Shown: positions 1-7,464 of the stretch, piece by piece
Position numbering within the stretch: the stretch's first letter is position 1
How the letters are laid out: every line of letters starts with the position of its first letter
Source: Oopsacas minuta
Lineage: Eukaryota; Animalia; Porifera
DNA length: 10,612 nucleotides
Assembly: GCA_024704765.1 (NCBI GenBank)
Contig: JAKMXF010000131.1
Span: 1-10,612, forward strand
Reading direction: 5' to 3'
Notes under the pieces: model-generated
The model's input: the letters and a program-made list of their open reading frames with translations, nothing else
Databases searched by the model: none
What the model was told of the DNA's origin: nothing
Program-made: the position numbers and the translations under genes

Positions 1-261
1 TGCAAAACAAATTTTCCAGGATTCATCTCATCGGAAGAATGGCCGCCCTGCTCACCAGATTTGAACCCACTTGACTTCTCCATATGGTCAATATTGGAAG
101 AAAGGGTCAATTGCAAAAAATACCGAAGTCTGGCGGATCTGAGACAAGCTTTGTTACGAGAATGGGATAAAATACCTCAGGAATATGTGTGGTCCAGCGT
201 AGAATCATTCATTGCTAGACTACAGAGGTGTATTAAAGCTAAAGGTGATATTTTCGAGTGA
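1..261 (+). CDS. C-terminal fragment of a Tc1/mariner-superfamily transposase (maT/DD37D-like); 5' part outside the window
   Basis: Frame +1 is open from base 1: CKTNFPGFISSEEWPPCSPDLNPLDFSIWSILEERV...RLQRCIKAKGDIFE*. WPPxSPDLNPLD carries the third catalytic Asp; the RLxxCIxAKGxxFE tail is typical. DDx(n)D spacing cannot be counted, so the subfamily is inferred. Confidence 0.92.
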   Translation, partial: CKTNFPGFISSEEWPPCSPDLNPLDFSIWSILEERVNCKKYRSLADLRQALLREWDKIPQEYVWSSVESFIARLQRCIKAKGDIFE

Positions 262-385
262 TGGTAAATATATTGTTTAGTTTGCTGTATTATTGCAATA
301 ATTTGAAAATTTCTAAGTTACATCTAAAATATTATTGAAATTATGGCATGGAAAATGATTAACAGTATTTATGGGTCACCCTGTA
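1..385 (+). mobile_element. Right end of the Tc1/mariner element: TIR at 360-383 followed by TA (384-385)
   Basis: TAACAGTATTTATGGGTCACCCTG|TA lies about 100 bp after the transposase stop; it is the exact reverse complement of 7338-7361. Confidence 0.9.
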
Positions 386-1130
386 TTTATTTGCAGTTTA
401 AGTGTTAACTAGTGGACAATAAGAGAAGTTATGTATCGTTCATACCGTTACTTAACTCTACAAGGAGAGACTGGTATGCGAAGTGTAACAGCCCGATTCT
501 TTTGTATTACAAAACGGTGTAATAGCGTGACACGAGGGTGAAATTGAACGGAAAAGCTGGAGGAGGGTCGCAAATTAGCGGGTCTCCGCGGGACTTAGCA
601 AGGACTATAAAACAGAGGAACAATTAAGCAGTTTTCATCTCCAGGGACGCCGAAAGATGCTTTAGTGGGTGGCGTACCTGTTGCCATTGTGGCGATTAGG
701 CTCATGAATGAGGGTGGGTGGAGATGAGTCAATCTGAGTGGACAAATGCCAACCCAAAATGTCCCTAGTTTCGTCTGTGCCTGTTCCAATAGCCCCAGGG
801 ATTTGTATATACCAAAGCAGTTTCTATATTTCTATTATTTGCTTCAATAATTCTTGTTTGTATGTTGTTGACTTGTATATATGTATTTGTATTAGTAATA
901 CCATTTCTAAGCCATATGAAGCCAAAGATGTACCTAATTATGAAGTAATGCCATCTAAAATTCAATCCTGATTACTTAAAATACAAATCTATATTATTAA
1001 ACTCAATTATTGTGTATTTGTGTGATTATAATAATAGGGGAAGATGATCTGCTTATATAATAAAGGGAATAACATATCCTTCTGTTGACCATATAGGAAA
1101 AGTAAACAATTACATTAGGGTAATCGAGTA

Positions 1131-1194
1131 TGCTGATTCCGATTTCACACTTTCGATTTAATCATATGTAAATTTATTGTTGTTTGTATGAATA
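1131..1194 (+). repeat. Dispersed repeat, copy 1 (copy 2 at 8886-8951)
   Basis: tgctgattccgatttcacactttcgatttaatcatatgtaaatttattgttgtttgtatgaata aligns by eye to 8886-8951 with 5 mismatches and 2 single-base indels. Confidence 0.85.
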
Positions 1195-1326
1195 ATTGAA
1201 ATATCTATTTATTGATTCATTGCAATGTGATATTTTGCTAAATTCGAGGCATGAAGTGCCGAGCCTCATGAGAACATAAAGTGTTCGCAAGCCGCTTCGC
1301 TTGCTCGCGCTTCGCGGCTCGTCTAA
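1131..1326 (+). mobile_element. Possible non-autonomous Helitron/Helentron-like element end
   Basis: GC-rich hairpin GCAAGC-cgcttc-GCTTGC (1287-1304), GCTTCGC repeated (1294-1300, 1309-1315), then CTAA (a CTRR match) at 1323-1326; contains the dispersed repeat. The 5' boundary is undefined. Confidence 0.4.
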
Positions 1327-1396
1327 TGTAAATCTGAAAGAATATAAAGGAGCAGGAGTACACTCCTTTTCTGAGTAGGTTGCAGCAGAATTGAAA

Positions 1397-1436
1397 TCAG
1401 GTTCAGGTTTCTCGCGTCGGGTCGGGTTCGGGTTCG
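1397..1436 (+). repeat. Short degenerate TC(G/A)GGT tandem array
   Basis: tcaggttcaggtt (1397-1409) and tcgggtcgggttcgggttcg (1417-1436); resembles hAT subterminal repeats. Confidence 0.55.
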
Positions 1437-1826
1437 AAGTTGATCAGTTCGAACTTTGTGCGTAATTTTATTAATTCAATGATTTAATTCTACTTTTTGA
1501 AAGATTGTATTACATTAGAAACATCATATGGAACTTTAATGAAATGGCCTCAAGAAGACTTGTATTGCTGTGGTTCCCAACCCCTGTTCCGACTCTCAAA
1601 ATGGGATTATTCATTGTTGTCCAAGATAAAATAACGGTGATTCCTTACCCCCAATAAATACAACTTAAGAATATAATGGATATAAATTTAACGGAATACG
1701 ACCGACTACCAAGCACTACCTTTAAACTCGAATTCACTACATGTACAAATCTGGCTCATAAAAAATCCGTGAGACAGTGCTCAATATCGGTGAGCTTATA
1801 TAACTTTCCCTGAGAGATTATTCCTA

Positions 1827-1927
1827 TACAGTATATGCCGGTTATAAGAACATGCCGGATGTAGGAACATATCACTAGAAAACGGTTGTCATACACCTCA
1901 ATATACTTTGTCCCGGTTATAAGAACA
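1827..1927 (+). mobile_element. Left end of a pogo/Tigger-like non-autonomous element
   Basis: TA|CAGTATATGCCGGTTATAAGAACA; subterminal repeat CCGGTTATAAGAACA at 1838-1852 and 1913-1927 (exact) and 1855-1869 (imperfect). No right end found. Confidence 0.6.
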
Positions 1928-2851
1928 CTCTTAGAATAGTAATCTAATTGGTTCTCATTACAGGTATGTGTGTAGAATTGGCATAATTATACAGTAATAT
2001 GAGAACAGTATCCCATAATATTGTTCTTACATCCCAATCTATTTAAATATATATATTACAGGTACTGTCCCAGCATTAGAAGGAGAGAGAGGTCCATTTG
2101 TGAATCTATACTAAATCCGATAGGTTTAGGTAGGTTAAATCAAATTTCTATATTATGAAACAAATTTGACGTATTAATATGAGCAATGGCACTACGTGGC
2201 TAATACTATATGTTAGAATCTATAATTATGTCACAAGTGGTTAACTCTGTATTGCCATTACTCTAAAGTATGAATATTTGTTCAGGTATTGTTACTAATT
2301 TGTAATACATGTAAGATAAAAGGAATCCAGACAACCTGGACAGTCCTGAATTACTTAGAAAGGTATTTGTATAGCAATAAGTACAGAGGTATTTGACCAT
2401 ATTACCATGAGAAAGTCTCTTAAGTACAACAACTTCTGCATTCAGGATTCGTAATGCTAAAATAGAAATGTTGCATAGAACTATTCCCTAATCAGTATTG
2501 CATAAATTATGATAAATCATATTTTGACACCTTTGATAATGTATAATATTGTCTGATGAAAAATATCAAGAACTCTATGGGTTCATAGATTTCACTACTA
2601 AATTTCAAAGAGGAATATACAGGAAATGATTAGGATAACAAATTGAAACTGATAGCTATTACAGCATAACAACCAATCCTTTACAAGGAATGTGGGTAGT
2701 TATAATTGGAACTAATTTACATGTTGAAAGCTCTCTGACCTAACACATCCGTAATTCTGTGAGACAATAGTCTCGTGGTAGAGTTCAAGGAAATGGGAAT
2801 AGTTGTAATTTCCTATTTCACCACTTGACACCTGAATAATTAATGTACAAA

Positions 2852-3288
2852 TCTTCTCCCCACGGTATAGCATTACATAACGATTGGGTGTTTATAAGTG
2901 ATTGGGGACTTAATAATGTATTTAAATCTCTAAAACAAATTACAAATTAATTAAGAGTGTTAAGGGAGGTGTTATTAGTCCTCTTGGTCTAACAACTGAC
3001 ACAAATGGAGAAGTGTTAGTTGCAGATTCTTATAATAATAGAATTGCAGTATTCAGCACTAATTTAGAATATATTAGAGAAATAGGAAAGGCAAACTCAG
3101 ATCCCCGTGTGACGTGAAATATATAATAATAATATATTTGTAGCAGACAAAAATGAGATTAATAATATACACATATTCTCTAAATCAGGTGATTTATTGA
3201 AAAGTTTCATAAAATTAGAAAATGGAGGAGGATATATTTTTATGTGTTTTGATTTGTATAATAATATTATAATTAGCGATAATAGCTT
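2852..3288 (+). pseudogene. NHL-repeat beta-propeller gene fragment with three -1 frameshifts, truncated at N3289 (pseudogene or sequencing error)
   Basis: Restoring one base near 2927, 3088 and 3117 gives SSPHGIALHNDWVFISDWGLNNVFK(F)SKTNYKLIKSVKGGVISPLGLTTDTNGEVLVADSYNNRIAVFSTNLEYIREIG(K)GKLRSPCDV(K)IYNNNIFVADK...FDLYNNIIISDNS, with PxG(I/L) and VAD..NNRI.VF NHL motifs. Confidence 0.85.
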
Positions 3289-3289
3289 N
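3289..3289. other. Single N, probable assembly join between A and B
   Basis: An NHL reading frame ends abruptly on the left and a TIR-like sequence begins on the right. Confidence 0.75.
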
Positions 3290-3308
3290 CTATAGTGAGG
3301 TTTAACTG
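3290..3308 (+). mobile_element. Possible right TIR of a pogo-like MITE at the start of segment B
   Basis: Reverse complement is CAGTTAAACCTCACTATAG (CAGT-type terminus); followed by TG rather than TA. Confidence 0.4.
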
Positions 3309-3468
3309 TGGAGGTTATTCCCTAGCGAATTGTGTTTGTCAGAGAGTAGTAATGCATTAGCTAGAAACGAGGCTCTTCATGTTACCACAGTTTCTCTGAA
3401 AGAGTTTTAGCTGAAGTTCGCTAGCGAATAGTAAATTCAACAACTCATCTAAAGACTTTCTGGTAATA

Positions 3469-3790
3469 TACAATCAAACTTGTCTATAATGGCCACCAAA
3501 GGGACTGGCCAAAATGGCCGAGAAATACAGGAGGCAGCTATAGAGATGTTGACAGTTATTTTAATGGTGGTGATATAGAGAAATTAGCCTTTGTGACAAG
3601 TAACCGATATTTAAGATAATACAATGGAAGTAGTTAATGATTGCCACCCAAGGGACTTGTCAAAGGTAGACCTTATGGGAGGCGAGCACTATTTGAAGTG
3701 GCCATTATAGACAGGTTTAGCGCCAGTAAGGGACAAAAAATGGTAGACGCTGGGCGCTTTGAGCAAGTGGCCGCTGCAGAGAGGTCATTA
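3469..3790. mobile_element. pogo/Tigger-like MITE relic, probably two nested or tandem copies, within TXNL1 intron 1
   Basis: TA|CAATCAAAC start; 21-bp inverted repeat 3476-3496 / 3698-3718 (20/21); internal direct repeat gccacc(a/c)aagggact at 3492-3506 and 3643-3657; related motif at 3765-3785. Confidence 0.7.
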
Positions 3791-3876
3791 TAATGAGAAA
3801 TAGGAGGGGATGGTATTTATGTGGCAGCTATGTGCAGGTGATCGTTAAGCAGGTTTGATCGTATATATAAACTTAC

Positions 3877-4167
3877 TTTTTCAAGTAGCTTCTTATTAAA
3901 GAATAATAGAAATGAGGGCAGAGACTGTAAGTCATACTTCTTAGCTGTAGTAATACAATTCTCTATATCTACATGCAAGAACAGTTGTGACGTCATCTCT
4001 CCTGATAGAGATATAATGTCAGGACGAATCCTCTCACAAGTTTGACATGTAGTCGTGTAGAAGAATATTATTATCAGTTTATTCAAGTTAGAGTTTAGCG
4101 TGTGTTCAAGCTCTACATCACTTGATACTTCACGAAGTAAACCGATAGTAGGGACTACAGTAGCCAT
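3877..4167 (-). CDS. TXNL1: TXNL1 (thioredoxin-like protein 1) first coding exon: thioredoxin domain, 97 codons, CQTC motif
   Basis: MATVVP...KLIIIFFYTTTCQTCERIRP...FLHVDIENC...LPSFLLFFNKKLLEK is a thioredoxin fold lacking Trp before CxxC, like TXNL1. It ends at a perfect phase-0 donor AAA|GTAAGT (3876-3871) and joins in frame to the exon at 9488. The ORF-track tail VSLYIRS... is intronic. Confidence 0.8.
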
Positions 4168-4362
4168 AAATAGCTAATCACAAATGTAAATTATATAATT
4201 GGTGATATTACAATAAAGAATAAGGGCTTGGGTAGTTACAGAACTGAAACGGAGAAGTTTTCCTCATGAATATTTGTCAGTTCAGTTTGGTGAAATAGGG
4301 AACACCAAATCAAGGCAGGTCCTGTCATCGCCGGAATAATTTTGGTTGGCTATTACCTAACC

Positions 4363-4420
4363 CATATGCGTCGTGGGAGGGGGTGGGGGAGGCCTGCCCC
4401 CACCCGGGAAAAATTCGGGT
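4363..4420 (+). mobile_element. G/C-rich putative hAT-type element end
   Basis: catatgcgtcgtgggagggggtgggggaggcctgcccccacccggg: abrupt G-run/C-run motif of the kind seen at invertebrate hAT-like termini. No matching partner found. Confidence 0.4.
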
Positions 4421-4586
4421 GCGGCTGGGCCTATCTCGCCCCAGGATTTGTTACCTGAAGAGGGTTTTTTCTTTAAAATGAGTTGATATATATAAAATAA
4501 TAGTGCTCTCCCAGATTTTCATAAAAATTCGAAAGTACGCTTATGACTGACCTAATCAATAACTATTGCCGGATAAATAAAATTAT

Positions 4587-4627
4587 AAGGGCAGCGGAAG
4601 CAAGGGGCTAGGGGGCTATATTTCCCA
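4587..4627 (+). mobile_element. Second putative hAT-type end
   Basis: agggcagcggaagcaaggggctagggggctatatttccc has the same architecture; no matching partner found. Confidence 0.35.
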
Positions 4628-4699
4628 TACTTTTGAGTCATAGAGTATATTTGTCGCCCTGGCGGAAGGTAAGAAAACTACTATTGGAATACGGATTAG

Positions 4700-5457
4700 T
4701 CAGCGCTCTCAACTCTCAAGATTTAAGGTCTACAAATACTACAGAATTCATAGAATACTGATACTAAAGTTGCACAACTCACGATAGGAACGTGAGACTT
4801 TTGACGAATCTAATGATTTTGAAGATTTCAAGGTTGAGGGCACTGGATTAGTGTCAGGTAGGGTTGCCAGTCATCCGGGTTTGATAGATTATAATTCTTG
4901 TGAAGTACATGCGTGCTAACTTTTGTCACATACATCTCTGAACGGAGCACAAATTCTACCTGAACACTAGAAAATTTAGTCATGAAAGTATTCTTGCGAT
5001 AAAAAGTGGATTCACAATGTTTAGAATGATCAATGGTTAAGAGGATAAAAACTCGTTTGCGCTCACAAATGACCACTATGCGTCTCACCATATTGCCCTG
5101 TTATCTATTGAAAAATATATTGCAGAAACACTTTGCTATAATGATGTAATTGAACATTTTAAGTAGATGAAGCACCGCCGCTTTCTTTTGTAATGTCAAA
5201 TAGTATTCCTGAATTGAGTTTAGTAGCTTAATAAATGCTCTTACTATATGACATTCTATATAATGTAGACTAGTCTAGTGCTCCCTAGCTTAGTAATCTG
5301 GTACTTATGAAATTTAAAGGTTATACGTGTAAGAAAAGGAGACTGGGTCGTACTTGTTATACACAAGTAATTAACTTTTCAAAAATATTTATCCCTGCAA
5401 TTACCCTCCTGAAATACTTCTTGCCCCCTGAATTTCAATGCTCTAGCTACGTGCCTG
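4700..5457 (+). mobile_element. Decayed hAT transposon (ZMYM1-like transposase C-terminus, 3' region and right terminus)
   Basis: Broken frames read ALNSQDL..., RETFDESNDFEDFK..., VLTFVTYISERS..., KRIKTRLRSQMTTMRL/HIALLSIEKYIAETLCYNDVIEHF, i.e. the hAT dimerisation-domain signature. The terminus reverse-complements to CAGGCACGTAGCTAG at 5457. Left boundary approximate. Confidence 0.8.
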
Positions 5458-5459
5458 AA

Positions 5460-5639
5460 ACCACATCCAATATCTAGCAATAACTGCGGACAATCTGTTG
5501 GTAAATTGAGTATTTCCACTGCCCTCTGTGTCATGCCCAATTGAACTTCTATTATTCTACCGTTCTGTGTGTATTTCCTTGCTTCAACACTGTTATAGTA
5601 TAGCTCAGCTGGTCCAGTGTGTTCTGGACGATGTGACAT
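5460..5639 (-). CDS. BUD23: 5' portion (60 codons) of 18S rRNA m7G methyltransferase BUD23/WBSCR22
   Basis: MSHRPEHTGPAELYYNSVEARKYTQNGRIIEVQLGMTQRAVEILNLPTDCPQLLLDIGCG matches the BUD23 N-terminus (RPEHxxPxELxYxxxEARKY...RAxELL...LLDIGCG). Homology stops at the hAT terminus; I found no remaining exons in the window. Confidence 0.9.
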
Positions 5640-6035
5640 TTGAAACGTCTATGAAGCTAGGGGGCTAGAATTTTAACAGAATTGAAAATATTTGTAAATA
5701 ATAAGTGTTATAGTAAAGAGGTGATCTTTCGAATATTAGTGAACACAATCCTGATGATAGAGGATAATCGAAGAGACAACAGACTTTTGATAATTCAAAT
5801 TATTGGAAGAGTAACTAAATTAGAACTGAAACTAACCATAAGACACCTGTGCTACATACACTAATTGTGTAATTGTATACCAGACATAACTCTAACCAAG
5901 AAAAATTCCCTAACTTTACAGTAATTACTATAGCAACCATTGATGTGCTTGGTATTCTCAAGTTACACAAGTATAAGATAGAGTCTGTAATAGTTAAAAA
6001 TATTATTTCCAACAAACCCAAATCTAAACAATAAA

Positions 6036-7265
6036 ATGGCAACAAATCGGCCCATAATTGTACCAATTAATGAATTGGCACAATTCGATTATGTCGCCAC
6101 TCAAATCACGAATGCGTTCGATCTCCTAATCCAGCAGCTGATCGCGAGGAGGGACGCTCTCCTAGGGAAACTCAAAGATAAAAAAGGGGAATATTTATCA
6201 AAAGAGAGCACTCGTAAAGCAGCCATGGAAGAACTGGCCAATACTCAACGACACATGGAAGAGCTAAGTCTGAAAGTTAATGACAACAAAGATCTCCATC
6301 AACAGGCAACTGACCTCTATCAACAGCGCATCAAACAGCTGGAGACCCCCACGAAACTCCAACAGCCCTTCTTCTCCTGTACGATGATGTTCCAACTACA
6401 AACCCAGATCGCTGAATACGGAGAGGTGAAAGAATGGGAGCTAGACTACTCTCTGAAGAAAGAACCTATCCTAGCTGTTGGGAAGTTTGGGAGAGGTAAC
6501 AATGAATTGAGTGCTGGAGGTCTATCTCTAGATGAACCAAATCAGTTAATTTACATAGCTGATTGGTGTAACAGTCGTATTCAAGTTGTGTCTTTTGAAG
6601 GAAAATTCTTGACAAGATTTGGACAAGACATACTCAAGAGACCATGGGGAATAGCTGTGACAGAAGATAACATCTTCATTACGGACAGCGAACTCCACGC
6701 TTTGTTACAGTTCAACAAGAAGGATTACAAACTAGTGAAGAGGACTGGTAACAAAGGAGCAGGAGATGGAGAACTAAATGAACCACATGGACTCTGTGTT
6801 GACTACAATGGAGACGTGTATGTTGCTGATTACTACAATCACAGAGTTTCTATATTCTCTAAAGCTCTTGAATTTGTTAATTGTTTGGGTACTCAACAGC
6901 TAAAATGGCCTCTGGATGTTAAAGTTACTCCTACTAGCATTGTAGTGCTAGATCAAAGTCCTAATTGTTTCCACTTCTACTCGAGAAGTGGACACCTTAT
7001 ATCCTCATGTATTACTCGTGGGGAGGATGGTGTGGTGCATTATCCCGTATTCTTTAGTTTGGATGTAGCAGGGAATATTCTTATTACTGATATTATGTGT
7101 AGCAATATCAAGATACTATCTCCATCAGGGGAGCTAATACACACCATAGGGAGGGAAGGACATGGGAGAGGAGAATTTATACGTCCATTTGGTATTAGTA
7201 TTTCAGCATTAGGAACTATTTTTGTTATATCTCGTAATCCTAATTTCCGTTTACAAGCATTTTAG
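6036..7265 (+). CDS. Intronless 409-aa protein: N-terminal coiled coil plus C-terminal NHL beta-propeller (TRIM-NHL-like, no RING or B-box)
   Basis: Uninterrupted ORF; helical region about aa 15-105; NHL repeats such as IYIADWCNSRIQV, RPWGIAV, EPHGLCVDYNGDVYVADYYNHRVSIF, RPFGISI. No Cys/His zinc-finger pattern. Confidence 0.93.
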   Translation: MATNRPIIVPINELAQFDYVATQITNAFDLLIQQLIARRDALLGKLKDKKGEYLSKESTRKAAMEELANTQRHMEELSLKVNDNKDLHQQATDLYQQRIKQLETPTKLQQPFFSCTMMFQLQTQIAEYGEVKEWELDYSLKKEPILAVGKFGRGNNELSAGGLSLDEPNQLIYIADWCNSRIQVVSFEGKFLTRFGQDILKRPWGIAVTEDNIFITDSELHALLQFNKKDYKLVKRTGNKGAGDGELNEPHGLCVDYNGDVYVADYYNHRVSIFSKALEFVNCLGTQQLKWPLDVKVTPTSIVVLDQSPNCFHFYSRSGHLISSCITRGEDGVVHYPVFFSLDVAGNILITDIMCSNIKILSPSGELIHTIGREGHGRGEFIRPFGISISALGTIFVISRNPNFRLQAF

Positions 7266-7335
7266 TTTGTTGTTTGTGTTATTTACTAGAATATTTCCTT
7301 TATTGATATTATTCACATATTAAACTTGAGATTTA

Positions 7336-7463
7336 TACAGGGTGACCCATAAATACTGTTACCAATTATACACGACCCACATTTTAAATCTAGTACTTGA
7401 ATAGTGGATAATTTGATTTACAATTATTAATCTACTATTATTCTATTGATTTAACATATATTT
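7336..7463 (+). mobile_element. Left end of the same Tc1/mariner family as 1-385, cut by N7464
   Basis: TA|CAGGGTGACCCATAAATACTGTTA (7338-7361) is a 24/24 inverted match to 360-383; it lies about 70 bp after the NHL stop codon. Confidence 0.9.
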
Positions 7464-7464
7464 N
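7464..7464. other. Single N, probable assembly join between B and C
   Basis: A transposon left end stops on the left; an open NHL-like frame starts immediately on the right. Confidence 0.75.

Noticed and set aside
595-971. ORF-track calls 595-789, 738-971 and 765-965 as genes
   Set aside because: Short, overlapping, no recognisable motif; kept only as an unassigned island.
3817-3876. C-terminal tail of the 116-aa thioredoxin ORF as a standalone thioredoxin
   Set aside because: It begins at a perfect GTAAGT donor and lacks homology; intron read-through.
4828-5091. 87-aa minus-strand ORF
   Set aside because: Antisense to the hAT transposase relic.
5458-5465. 8-bp target-site duplication for the hAT element
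   Set aside because: AAACCACA is not found beside either candidate left end.
5682-6066. ORFs 5682-5864 (+) and 5815-6066 (-)
   Set aside because: No ATG-based context or homology; consistent with chance ORFs in a biased intergenic region.
360-7361. Composite transposon carrying 386-7335 between the two TIRs
   Set aside because: The TIRs face outward (TA on the inner side), the wrong orientation for ordinary excision of the enclosed segment.
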